DNA from: the human T2T-CHM13v2.0 reference genome, Homo sapiens
Direction: 5' to 3' (one strand)
NCBI RefSeq assembly: GCF_009914755.1
Contig: NC_060934.1
Length of the DNA: 64,000 nt
The notes beneath the pieces are model-generated. The model did not search any database. It had not been told where the DNA came from and saw only the letters and a list, made by a program, of their open reading frames with translations. Both the position numbers and the translations under genes were made by a program. Of this stretch, positions 17,753-31,000 are shown piece by piece; the first letter of the stretch is position 1; the number at the start of each line of letters is the position of its first letter.

Positions 17753-20658
17753 ATTTTTTTAATCTCTTTTAACTTATTTATTTTTATTTTTCTTATTATA
17801 CTTTAAATTCTGGGGTACATGTGCAGAATGTGCAGGTTTGTTACATAGATATACATGTGCCATGGTGGTTTGTTGCACCCATCAACCTGTCATCTACATT
17901 AGGTATTTCCCCTAATGCTATCCCTCCCCAGCCCCCCATAGCCCAACAGGCCCCAGTGTGTGATACCCCCCCAACCCGTGTCCATGTGTTCTCATTGTTC
18001 AACTCCCACTTATGAGTGAGAACATGTGGTGTTTGGTTTTCTGTTCTTGTGTTAGTTTGCTGAGAATGATGGTTTCCACCTTCATCCATGTCTCTGCAAA
18101 GGACATGAGCTCATCATTTTTCATGGCTGCATAGTATTCTGTGGTGTATATGTGCCAGATTTTCTTTATCCAGTCTATCATTGATGGGCATTTGGGTTGG
18201 TTCCAAGTCTTTGCTATTGTGGTATTTCTAGTTCTAGATTCTTGAGGAATCACCACACTGTCTTCCACAATGGTTGAACTAATTTCCACTCCCACCAACA
18301 GTGTAAAAGTGGTCCTATTTCTCCACATGCTCTCTAGTATCTGTTGTTTCTTGACTTTTTAATGATGGCCATTCTAACTGGCATGAAATGGTATCTCATT
18401 GTGTTTTTGATTTGCACTTCTCTAATGACCAGTGATGATGAGCTTTTTTTCCTATGCTTGTTGACTGCATAAATGTTTTCTTTTGAGAAGAGTCTTTTCT
18501 TATCCTTCACCCACTTTTTGATGGAATTGTTTGTTTTTTCTTGTAAATTTGTTTAAGTTCTTTGTAGATTCTGGATATTAGCCCTTTGTTAGATGGATAG
18601 ATTGCAAAAATGTTCTCCCATTCTGTTGGTTGCCTGTTCACTCTGATGGTAGTTACTTTCGCTGTGCAGAAGCTCCTTAGTTTAATTAGATCCCATTTGT
18701 CAATTTTGGCTTTTGTTGCCATTGCTTTTGGTGTTTTAGTCATGAAGTCTTTGCCCATGCCTATGTCCTGAATGGTATTACCTATGTTTTCTTTTAGGGT
18801 TTTTATGGTTTTAGGTCTTACATTTAAGTCTTTAGCCCATCTTGAGTTAATTTTTGTATACAGTGGAAGGAAGGGATCTAGTTTCAGCTTTCTGCATATG
18901 GCTAACCAGTTTTCCCAATGCCATTTATTAAGTAGAGAATCCTTTCCCCATTGCTTGTTTTTGTCAGGTTTGTCAAAGATCAGATAGTTGTAGATGTGTG
19001 GTGTTATTTCTGAGGCCTCTGTTCTGTTCCATTGGTCTATATATCTGTTTTGGTACTAGTACCATGCTGTTTTGGTTACTGCAGCCATGTAGTATAGTTT
19101 AAAGTCAGGTAGTGTGATGCCTCCAGCTTTGTTATTTTTGCTTAAGATTGGCTTGGCTATGCAGGCTCTTTTTTGGTTCTATATGAAATTTAAAGTAGTT
19201 TTTTCCAATTCTGTGAAGAAAGTCAGTGGTAGCTTGATGGGGATAGCATTCAATCTATAAATTACTTTGGATATTATGGCCATTTTCACGATATTGATTC
19301 TTCCTATCCATGAGCATGGAATGTTTTTCCATTTGTTTGTGTCCTCTCTGATGTCATTGAGCAGTGATTTGTAGTTCTCCTTGAAGAGGTCCTTCACATC
19401 CCTTGTAAGTTGGATTCCTAAGTATTTTATTCTCTTTGCAGCAACTGTGAATGGGAGTTCACTCGTGATTTGGCTCTCGGTTTGTCTGTTATTGGTGTAT
19501 AGGAATGCTTGTGATTTTTGCACATTGATTTTGTATCCCGAGACTTTGCTGAAGTTGCTTATCAGCTTAAGGAGATTTTGGGCTGAGATGATGGGGTTTT
19601 CTAAATATACAGTCATGTCATCTGCAAACAGAGACAATTTGACTTCCTCTTTTCCTAATTGAATATCCTTCATTTCTTTCTGTTGCCTGATTGCCCTGGC
19701 CAGAACTCCCAATACTATGTTGAATAGGAGTGGTGAGAGAGGGCATCCTTGTCTTATGCCAGTTTTCAAAGGGAATGCTTCCAGTTTTTGCCCATTCAGT
19801 ATGATATTGGCTGCTGTGGGTTTCTCATAAATAGCTCTGATTGTTTTGAGACATGTTCCATGAATATCTAGTTTATTGAGAGTTTTTAGCGTGAAGGGCT
19901 GTTGAATTTTGTCGAAGGTCTTTTCTGCATCTATTGAGATAATCACATGGTTTTTGTCATTGGTTCTGTTTATGTGATGCATTACGTTCATTAATTTGCA
20001 TATGTTGAACCAGCCTTGCATCCCAGGGATGAAGCCAACTTGATCATGGTGGATAAGCTTTTTGATGTGCTGCTGGATTCGGTTTGCCAGAATTTTACTG
20101 AGGATTTTTGCATCAATATTCATTAGGGATTTCGGCCTGAAATTTTCTTTTTTTGTTGTGTCTCTGCCAGGCTTTGGTATCAGGATGATGCTGGCCTCGT
20201 AAAATGAGTTAGGGAGATTCTCTCTTTTTCTATTGTTTGGAATAGTTTCAGAAGGAATGGTACCAGCTCCTTTTGTACCTCTGGTAGAATTCAGCTGTGA
20301 ATCCGTCTGGTCCTGGACTTTTTTTGGTTGGTAGGCTATTAATTACCACCTCAATTTCAGAGTTTGTTATTGGCTTATTCAGGGATTTGACTTCTTCCTG
20401 GTTTAGTCTTGGGAGGGTGTATGTGTCCAGGAATTTATCCATTTCTTCTAGATTTTCTGGTTTATTTGCATAGAGGTGTTTATAATATTCTCTGATGGTA
20501 GGTTGTATTTCTGTGGGATCAGTGGTGATATCTCCTTTATCATTTTTTATTATGTCTATTTGACTCTTCTCTCTTTTCCTCTTTATTAGTCTGGCTAGTG
20601 GTCTATCTATTTTGTTGATCTTTAAAAAAAAACCAGCTCCTGGATTAATTGATTTTTT

Positions 20659-21097
20659 TTTTTTAATGAGAGATAAATTGTTTAATTTTAGGTTCAGCAG
20701 TTGAACAAGCTTTTTGTGGTTTGGTGGCAGTTTTCTGCCTTGGCATTACAAGGTTACCTCTTGCTAACAATCATAGCTTTTGATAGACTTAGATAAATGT
20801 GTTCAAACAGCTTTTCTCTGTTTGAAGATGCCTGGCTCTCTTTTTTTTTTTTTTTTTTTTAAGACATTTCCAAAGCCTACAGTTAGTGTCTCCATCTGGG
20901 CAAGAGAAAACATGTGAAAGTCTCATTTATGCTGGAAGATAGGGTAGGGTTGAGAGTGATGGTTACAAGAATTTTAACTTTACATCTACAAGAATGTGGT
21001 ACAGATTAAGTCCTTGATAATCATGTTGTATATTTAAAAACATCTATAGATGATTTTATGTAGAATGGGAATTTTAACATTTTATTTGTGTTTATTT
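20659..21097 (-). other. SVA 3' transduction (~430 bp unique sequence with its own poly-A)
   Basis: Lies between the SVA A-rich tail and the left TSD; ATTAAA (20681-20686, minus) 16 nt before the terminal poly-A. Confidence 0.85.
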
Positions 21098-22028
21098 CTT
21101 TTTTTATTTTATTTTATTTTATTTTTATTTTTATTTATTTATTTTTTTATTGATCATTCTTGGGTGTTTCTCGCAGAGGGGGATTTGGCAGGGTCATAGG
21201 ACAATAATGGAGGGAGGGTCAGCAGATAAACAAGTGAACAAAGGTCTCTGGTTTTCCCAAGCAGAGGACCCTGCTGCCTTCCGCAGTGTTTGTGTCCCTG
21301 GGTACTTGAGATTAGGGAGTGGTGATGACTCTTAAGGAGCATGCTGCCTTCAAGCATCTGTTTAACAAAGCACATCTTGCACCACCCTTAATCCATTTAA
21401 CCATGAGTGGACACAGCACATGTTTCAGAGAGCACAGGGTTGGGGGTAAGGTCACAGATCCACAGGATCCCACGGCAGAAGAATTTTTCTTAGTACAGAA
21501 CAAAATGAAAAGTCTCCCCTGTCTACTTCTTTCTACACAGACACGGCAACCATCCGATTTCTCAATCTTTTCCCCACCTTTCCCCCCTTTCTATTCCACA
21601 AAACCGCCATTGTCATCATGGCCCCTTCTCAATGAGCTGTTGGGTACACCTCCCAGACGGGGTGGTGGCTGGGCAGAGGGGCTCCTCACTTCCCAGTAGG
21701 GGCGGCCGGGCAGAGGCACCCCTCACCTCCCGGATGGGGCGGCTGGCCGGGCGGGGGGCTGACCTCCTACCTCCCTCCCGGACGGGGCGGCTGGCCGGGC
21801 AGAGAAAACCAGTCAGGCGTGGCGGCGCGCACCTGCAATCGCAGGCACTCGGCAGGCTGAGGCAGGAGAATCAGGCAGGGAGGTTGCAGTGAGCCGAGAT
21901 GGCAGCAGTACAGTCCAGCTTCGGCTCGGCATCAGAGGGAGACCGTGGAAAGAGAGGGAGAGGGAGACCGTGGGGAGAGGGAGACGGAGAGGGAGACGGA
22001 GAGGGAGAGGGAGAGGGAGAGGGAGAGC
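21098..22028 (-). mobile_element. SVA (C/D-like), internally deleted
   Basis: CCCTCT hexamers ~21950-22028, partial Alu-like domain, short VNTR ~21645-21803, SINE-R ~21150-21645; 16-bp TSD gattaattgatttttt at 20643-20658 and 22029-22044. Confidence 0.93.
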
Positions 22029-25000
22029 GATTAATTGATTTTTTAAGGGTTTTTCATGTCTCTATCTCTTTCAGTTCTGCCCTGATCTTAGTTATCTCTT
22101 GTTTTCTGCTAGCTTTTGAATTTGTTTGCTCTTGCTTCTCTAGTTCTTTTAATTGTGATGTTAGGGTGTCGATTTTAGATCTTTCCTGTGTTCTTTTGTA
22201 GGCAATTACTGCTATAAATTTTCCTCTACACACTGCTTTAAATATGTCCCAGAGTTTCTGGTACATTATTCTTATTGTTTTCAAACAACATCTTTATCCT
22301 TCTTCATTTCATTATTTATCCAGCAGTCATTCAGGAGCAGGTTGTTCAGTTTCCATGTAAGTGTGAGGTTTTGAGTGAGTTTCTTAATTCTGAATTCTAA
22401 TTTAATTGCGCTGTGGTGTGAGAGACTGTTTGTTATGATTTCCATTCTTCTGCATTTGCTGAGGAGTGTTTTACTTCCAATTATGTGGTCAATTTTAGAA
22501 TAAGTGCGATGTGGTGCTGAGAAGAATGTATATTCTGTTGATTTGGGGTGGAGAGTTCTATAGATGTCTATTAGGTCTGCTTAGTCTGGAGCTGAGTTCA
22601 ATTCCTAGATATCCTTGTTAATTTTCTGTCTCATTGACCTGTCTGATATTGACAGTGGGGTATTAAAATCTCCCACTATTATTGTGTGGGAGTCTAAGTC
22701 TCCTTGTAGGTGTTTAAGAACTTGCCTTATGAATCTGGGTGCTCCTGTATTGGGTGCATGTATATTTAGGATAGTTAGCTCTTCTTAGCCACTATGTAAT
22801 GGCTTTCTTTTTCTCTTTTGATCTTTGTTGGTTTAAAGTCTGTTTTATCAGAGACTATGATTGCAACCCCTGTTTGTTTGTTTGTTTGTTTGTTTGTTTG
22901 TTTGTTTTTTGCTTTCCATTTGCTTGGTAAATATTCCTCCATCCCTTTATTTTGGGCCTATGTGTGTTTTTGCATGTGAGATGGGTCTCCTGAATACTGC
23001 ACACTGATGGGTCTTGACTCTTTATCCATGTTGCCAGTCTGTGTCTTTTAATTGGGGCATTTAGCCCATTTACATTTAAGGTTAATATGTTATGTGTAAA
23101 TTTGATCCTATCATTATGATGCTAGCTGGTTATTTTGCCCATTACTTGATGCAGTTTCTTCATAGCGTTGATGGTCTTTACCATTTGGCATGTTTTTGCA
23201 GTGGCTGGCACCATTTTTTCCTTTCCATGCTTATTGCTCCCTTCAGGAGCTCTTGTAATGCAGGCGTGGTGACGACAAAATGTCTCACATTTGCTTGTCT
23301 GTAAAGAATTTTATTTCTCCTTCACTTATGAAGCTTAGTTTGGCTGGATATGAAATTCAGCATTGAAAATTCTTTTCTTTAAGAATGTTGAATATTGGCC
23401 CCTAGTCTCTTCTGGCTTATAGGGTTTCTGCAAGTTGATCTTCAATCTCTGATATCCTTTCTTCCACTTGATCGATTCAGCTATTGATATGTGTGTATGC
23501 TTCACTAAGTTCTTGTGCTGTGTTTTTCAGCTCCATCAGGTCATTTATGTTCTTCTCTAAACTCGTTATTCTAGTTAGCAATTCATCTAATCTTTTTTCA
23601 AGTTTCTTTGCTTCCTTGCGTTGGGTTAGAACATTCTCCTTTAGCTCAGAGGAGTTTGTTATTATCCACCTTTGAAGCCTACTTCTGCCAATTCATCAAA
23701 TTCATTCTCCATCCAGTTTTGTTCCCTTGATGGTGAGAAGTTGTGATTTTTTGGAGAAGAAGAGGCATTCTGGTTTTTGGAATTTTCAGCCTTTTTGTGC
23801 TGGTTTCTCCCCATCTTCATGGATTTACCTACCTTTTGTGTTTGATGTTGGTGACCTTTGGATGGGGTTTCTGAGTGGATGTCCTTTTTGTTGATGTTGA
23901 TGCTATTCCTTTCTGTTTGTTAGTTTTTCTTCTAACAGTCAGGCCTCTCTGCTGCAGGTCTGCTGGAGTGTGCTGGACATCTACTTCAGACCTTGTTTGC
24001 CTGGGTATCACCAGTGGAGGCTGCAGAACAGCAAAGATTGCTGCCTGTTCCTTCCTCTGAAAGCTTTGTCCCAGAGGGGCACCTGCCAGATGCCAGCTGG
24101 AGCTCTCTTGTGTGAGGTGTCTGTTGGCTTCTTCTGGAAGGTATCTCCCGGTCAGGAGGCCAGGGGGTCAGGGACCCACTTGAGGTGGCAGTCTGCTCAA
24201 ACACTGTGCTGGGAGATCCACTGCTCTCTTCAGAGCTGGCAGGCAGGGATGTTAAAATCTGCTGAAGCTGCACCCACAGCTGCCCCTTCCCCCAGGTGCT
24301 CTGTCCCAGAGAGATGGGAGTTTTATCTATAAGTCCCTGACTGGGGCTTCTGCCTTTTTTTCAGAGATGCCCTGCCCAGACAGGAGGAATCTAGAGAGGC
24401 AGTCTTGCTACAGCAGCCTGGCAGCGCTGTGGTGTGTTCCACCCAGTTGGAACTTCCTTGCAGTTTTGTTTACACTGTGAGAGGAACACTGCCTACTCAA
24501 GCCTCAGTAATGGCAGACGCCCCTCCCCATACCAAGCTCCAGCATCCCAGGTCAACTTCAGACTACTGTGCTGGCAGCAAGAATTTCAAGCCAGTGGATC
24601 TTAGCTTGCTGGGCTCCATGGGGGTGGGATCCACTGAGCTAGACCACCTGGTTCCCTGGCTTCGGCCCCCTTTCCAGGGGAGTGAATGGTTCTGTCTCGC
24701 TGACATTCCAGGCATCCCTGGGGTATGAAAAAAGACTCCTGCAGCTACCTTGGTGTCTACCCAAATGGCCACCCAGTTTTGTGCTTGAAACCCAAGACCC
24801 TGGTGGCATAAGCACTGGAGGGAATCTCCTGGTCTGTGGGTTGCAAAGACCATGGGAAAAGCATAGTATCTGGGCTGGAATGCACCACTCCTCATGGCAC
24901 AGCTCCTTACAGCTTCCCTTGGCTAACAGGGGAGTTTTCTGACCCCTTGCACTTCCCAGGTGAGGCAACACCCCACCCTGCCTCAGTTCACCCTCCATGG

Positions 25001-25144
25001 GCTGCACCCACTGTCTAACCAGTCCAAATGAGATGAGCCGGGTACCTCAGTTGGAAATGCAGAAATCACCCACCTTCTGCATTGATCTCACTGTGAGCTG
25101 CACACCTGAGCTGTTTCTATTCAGCCATCTTGTCAGCCTCCCCA

Positions 25145-25866
25145 CAGATGTTATCTATTAAAAGGTTGGGGGTGAGTTGAGAATAGCTTTTTCATAATAT
25201 ACACACAGCCTTCTAGAAGCAGATAGTAAATCTTCCCAAAGTGTGGCGGGCATTTCCCATAGGCCAAATGTGAGGTCCTTCCAGGTCTGGTAGAAGGAAG
25301 ACCAACAGCCCAATGCCTGCTAACTGTTCCACACTGTCCTCCTCTGTGCCTCCACTCACCTTCCAGGCCTGTTAAGGCCATTGTCTGTTGTCCTCAGGAC
25401 TAGGTAAGTCTCGCCCAGCTGGGACAGAGTGGTCACCAGGACCCGGATCTGGCAGCGCCATGGCCTAAAGAGGTGGCTGAGCCCGTGTCCTGCATCCCAA
25501 GAGCACCTTCCCAATCCTCACACCCGGATAGTCACCAAGCTGCCCCTGCCACTCCCACCACCACCCAAAGGCACTGCATCCAGGCTCAGTGGGGACTTCG
25601 TCTATACCCGGCAGGGTGCGGCCTGGGAAAGGCCACCACCACCCTCAGTCACTGAGGTGTAGGGGGAAGGGAGGCTTGCTGCATCTTCAAGGCCCAGGCA
25701 CCCACCCCAAGGGTCCTGGTGGCAGCCACCACAAGGGTCCTGGTGTCACGGGGCAGAGGCTACAGCCTATCCTGGCTCAGCTCCCCCACTGGCCAGGGCA
25801 AAGGCTCAGAAGTCCCAGGGAGCTGGTCCCGCACCATCTCACCACACTCTCTGCTGGATTGGAACT
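25145..25866 (-). pseudogene. NORAD retrocopy, GC-rich 5' segment (CpG-decayed)
   Basis: Reverse complement begins AGTTCCAATCCAGCAGAGAG (recalled NORAD start AGTTCCGGTCCGGCAGAGA) and contains GGTGACCACTCTGTC, CTTACCTAGTCCTGAGGACAAC and GGGAAGATTTACT; contiguous with 17752 across the L1 TSD. Confidence 0.87.
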
Positions 25867-25867
25867 C

Positions 25868-26207
<340 letters not shown>

Positions 26208-26319
26208 TGGACCAGAGGTCTTAATTGTATTTTTGTACCCATATACCAACCTCTCTTCATCCACCTCTCCCAGCTGTCCTTCTCAGACTGTGGAAAGCAT
26301 CCTTCTACTCACTGTTTCC

Positions 26320-26945
26320 ACAGATATTTCATGGACAGCAAATAATCACATGAAAAGATGTTCAAAATTATTAGGTTTTAGGGAAATGCAAATTGAAACA
26401 ACAATAAGCTATCACTACTCATCTATCAGAATGGCTAAAATTAAAAATCATGACACCACCAAATGCTGGTAAGGATGTGTAGAAACCGGATCACTGATAC
26501 ATTACTGATAGAAACATAAAATACTTCATCCACTCTGGGAAATTTTGGGAGTTTCTCAAAGAAAAACACACAACTATCATATGACCCAGCAATTGCACTC
26601 CCAGGCATTTATCCCAGAAAAATAAAAACTTCACACAAAAAACTGTCAAACAAATGTTTATAGCATCTTTGTTTATAATATTAATAGCTAAGAACTAGAT
26701 TCAGCCAAGATGTTTTTCAACAGGTGAATGGGTAAACAAACTGTTGTAAATACATAGCATGGAATACTACTTAGCAATGTAAAGGAATGGATGATTGATG
26801 CATGCAACAACTTGGATGGATTGCCAGGAAATTATGCTGAGCAAAAAACATCAATCCAAAAAGGTTACATAAATGTGATTCTACTTTTATAACATTTTGT
26901 TAAATAACAAAATTTTAGAAGTAGAGGACAGATGACTATCCACTG
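26320..26945 (+). mobile_element. L1MC/MD-type 3' ORF2/3'UTR fragment
   Basis: 'gggaaatgcaaattgaaacaacaat...atgacccagcaattgcactcccaggcatttatcccaga'. Confidence 0.75.
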
Positions 26946-27581
26946 TGTGAATACTTGGTGTTCCTGAAAAGGGAACCAAGAAGTGGAATCAGACAAATTT
27001 AAAGAGAGTATTAAAGAAAACTTCCAAAGACCAAAGAACACCCAAGTCTTTAGCCTAAAACATTCATCATGTCCAAAGCTGGTTGTACGTATCACTTCAG
27101 TAACTGTAGATACTAGGAGATAATGAAGCAAAACCACAAAGTTTTAAAGCAATAGAGATTTGACCCAGAAATGTACTACATAGCCTAGTTATGGATCAAA
27201 TATAAAGGCAACATAAAAAAAGTCTCCATTATCCAAAAATTAAAAATGGCATTCAATTACCCATCCCCAAATGCAGACTTGTATATATTGGCTAAATTTA
27301 ACAAATAAACTTTTAAATGTCATGAGTGAGGAAATCATGATGTAAAATCTGACTATGGACAAGAATCTATTTAGAAATTGACCTATATTTAAATAATAAC
27401 AATTCAAAATGCAATTGTAACAATTCTTGAATATTATTTAAAACATTATAATAAGCTGGCTCAGATCCAATAATATGTCCATAGAAACCAAGCCATGGGT
27501 AGTGGATTGTGTGAGGAAACAGTGTGATAACTATGCTAACATCCGCATCTTTTATATGGTGGTATTAGTAGATAATGCTTC

Positions 27582-28024
27582 TGTGATGGTTAATACTGAG
27601 TGTCAACTTGATTGGATTGAAGGATGCAAAGTATTGATCCTAGGTGTGTCTGTGAAGGTGTTGCCAAAGGAGATTAACATTTGAGTCAGTGGGCTGGGAA
27701 AGGCAGACCCACGCTTAACCTGGGTGGGCACCATCTAATCAGCTGCCAGTGCAGCTAGAATATGAAAAGTTGGCAGAAAAACATGAAAAGACTAAACTGG
27801 CCTAGCTTCCCAGCCTACATCTTTCTCTGGTACTGGATGCTCCCTGCCCTTGAACATCAGACTCGAAGTTCTTCAGTTTAGGACTTGGACTGGCTCTCCT
27901 TGTTCCTCAGCTTGCAGATATCCTATTGTGGGACCTTGTGATCATGTGAGTTAATACTTAATAAACTTTCCTTCTTATATATCTCTATCCTATTAGTTCT
28001 GCCCCTCTAGAGAACCCTAACACA
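27582..28024 (+). mobile_element. MLT2A1 5' LTR of HERV-L
   Basis: Starts TGTGATGGTTAATACTGAGTGTCAACTTG, ends ...GAACCCTAACACA; ~443 bp; AATAAA near 27960. Confidence 0.9.
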
Positions 28025-31000
28025 GATTTTTGTACCAGGAGTGGTTCTAGAGGAACAGAACATTAAGGATGCAGTTCTTTCATTGGTTTTAGGGTTTCTG
28101 GAGTGGCTGTTTAATATGATTAGACTCAAAAATGCTAAGGACTCTACTTCTGATAGTATGGAGAACACTGATTCAGTGTTCCTTTCTATGAACTGTTTAG
28201 AGAGTTAAGCAAAATAAATGCATTTGACATTCCTGATTCAGCGCTCATGAGAGGCAAGGAGTTTAGTGACTCTATAAATAATACCTTTGACCATATGTGG
28301 AAACATAATGAAGTTGGTTGGTTTCTCCTAAGTTCAATGGACAAAGTGATGAAAGAAAATGAACTTAGGGATTCTAACTCCTGGCTTCAGAAGCAGATAC
28401 TGAGCCTCAAATCTGCTAAGATTGCCCTGAGTGAAAGTATTATCTCCTGCAGAGAAAGAGCTGAAATTGTGGGAAAATGGATATGAGCTCTTATTGTGCA
28501 AGTGGCTGACTTCCAATGAAGGGTGCATGCACAGCCTCACCAGGTATGTACTATTAAAGTGAGGGCATCGTTTGGAAAAGAATGGGACCCTGCAACTTGG
28601 AAAGGGGACATGTGGGAGGACCCTGATGAAGCTGGGGACACTGAGTTTGTAAAGTCTCAGGAAACCTTTTTTGCCAGAAAAAAAACAGCTTCCCCATCCC
28701 CAGTAGTGGTGACATCCTCTCCCTGACCCATGCTGCCATCAGCCTTTCCATATTTGTCTGGGGAGATAAACACTGTGCTGCCTAAGGCAACAGTGATGGC
28801 CCCCCCTGAGCAGTTGCCAGGCAAAATAATGTTGATTCTCCTCAGGAGCCACCCCCAACACCCCTGTCTGCTTCTAGACCTATAACCAGACTAAAGTCCT
28901 TATGGGCCCCAAGAGGTGAGGTTGAGAGTGAAACCCATGAGGAGGTTCACTATACTTGAAAAGAACTACTTGAGTTTTCTAATTTATATAAACAGAAATC
29001 TGGAGAACAGGCATGAGAATGGATATTAAGGGTGTGGGATAATGGTGGAAGGAACATAGAGTTGGATCAGGCTGAATTTGTTGATTTGGGCCCACTAAGT
29101 AGAGACTCTGCATTTAATATTGCAGCTCAGGGAGTTAAAAAAAGGTTCTAATAATTTATTTGCTTAGTTAGCTGAAATATGGATTGAAAGATGGCCACTG
29201 TGAGGGAGCTGGAAATGTCTGATCACTCTTGGTTTAATGTAGAGGAAGGGATCCAAAGGCTTAGAGAGATTGAGATGGTGGAGTGGATTAGTCACTTTAG
29301 ACCTACTCATCCCAGATGGAAGGGCCCAGAAGATATACCCTTGACCAATACCTTGCAAAATAGATCTGTGAGGGTAGCACCTGCATCTTTGAAGAGCCCC
29401 GTAATTCTCTGCATATCAGATCCAATGGTGAGAACCACAGTCACTCAACTAATAAAGGTAAATACAATGGGAATAATTGGATCCCAAGGTGGCAGAGGCC
29501 AAGTGGTGGCACTCAACCATCAAAGGCAAGGTGGGCATAACTACCATAACAGACAGTAGTGGCAAAGCAGCAATCAGAATAGTCTGACTCATGTAGAGTT
29601 CTGGCATTCGCTAATTAATCACAGTGTTCCCAGAAGTGAAATTGTTAGGATGCCTACTTCTTTCCTACTTAATTTATATAAGCAGAAAACTTCCAGGTCA
29701 AATGGACAAAACACTACTTTGAATTATAAAAATAGAGAATCATGGCCCCTCAATCAATTTTTGACTTGAGCCAGTTTACAGACACAGAACCCCTTGAATA
29801 AAGGGGAAGTTGGGTCCCATTAAGGAAGGAGCCCACTACACTACCAACAATTTATGCTGTTAATCTTTCTCCCATTTTTTCCCAAGGAGACCTCCAGCCT
29901 TTTATCAAGGTAACTGTGCATTGGGGAAAGGGAAATTATCAGTCATTTGGGGGATTACAGGACACTAGCTCTGAGCTGACGTTAATTCTAAGGGACTCAA
30001 AACGTCATTGTGGTCCTCCAGTTAAAGCAGGAGCTTATGGAGGTGAGGTAATTAATGGAGTTTTAGCTCAGGTCTGACTTACAGTGGGTCCAATGGGTCC
30101 CCAGGCTCATCCTGTGTTCATTTCCCCAGTGCCAGAATGCATAATTGGCATAGACATACTTAGCAGCTGGAAGAACACCCACATTGGCTCCCTGACTGGT
30201 AGGGTGAGGCCTATTATGGTGGGAAAGGCCAAATGGAAGGCATTAGAGCTGCCTCTACCTAGAAAAATGGTAAATCAAAAACAATATCACATCCCTGGAG
30301 GGATTGCAGAGATTAGTGCCATGATCAAGGACTTGAAAGGCGCAAGGGTGGTGATTTTCATCACACCCCCATTCAACTCTCCCATTTGGCATGTGCATAA
30401 GACAGATGGATCTTGGAGAATGACAGTGGATTATCATAAGCTTAACTAAGTGGTGACTCCAATTGCAGCTGCTGTACCAGATACGGTTTCATTGCTTGAG
30501 CAAATTAACACATTTCCTGGTACCTGGTATGCAGCCATTGACTTGGCAAATGCCTTTTTCTCCATTCCTATTCATAAGGCCCACTAGAAGCAATTTGCCT
30601 TCAGCTGGCAAGACTAGCAATATATCTTGACTCTCCTACCTCAAGAGTATATAAACTCTGGCTTTGCATCATAATCTTATTTGGAGAGATCTTGACCACT
30701 TTTTGCTTCTGCAAGATATCACACTGGTCCATTACATTGATGACATTATGCTGATCGGATCCAGTGAGCAAGAAGTAGCAAACACACTGGACTTATTTGT
30801 GAGATGTTTGTGTGCCAGAGGATGAGAAATAAATTTGACTAAAATTCAGGGACCTTCTACCTCAGTAACATTTCTAGGGGTCCACTGGTGTGGGGCCTGT
30901 CAAGATACTCCTTGTAAGATGAAGGATAAGTTGCTGCATTTGGCCCCTCCTACAACTAAGAAAAAGGCACAATATGTAGTGGGCCTACTTGGATTTTGGA

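Larger units (their letters stand above)
17753..25144 (-). mobile_element. Full-length L1PA7-type element with internal deletions (~18220, ~23430), interrupted by an SVA
   Basis: 5'UTR ends at ~25140 (cagccatcttg); ORF1/ORF2 remnants (RT ORF 19179-20123 with FADD); L1PA7-type 3'UTR; degenerate 15-bp TSD at 17738-17752 and 25145-25159. Confidence 0.9.

Noticed and set aside
25429-25866. GC-rich ORFs or CpG-island promoter
   Set aside because: Explained by the CpG-decayed 5' part of the NORAD retrocopy
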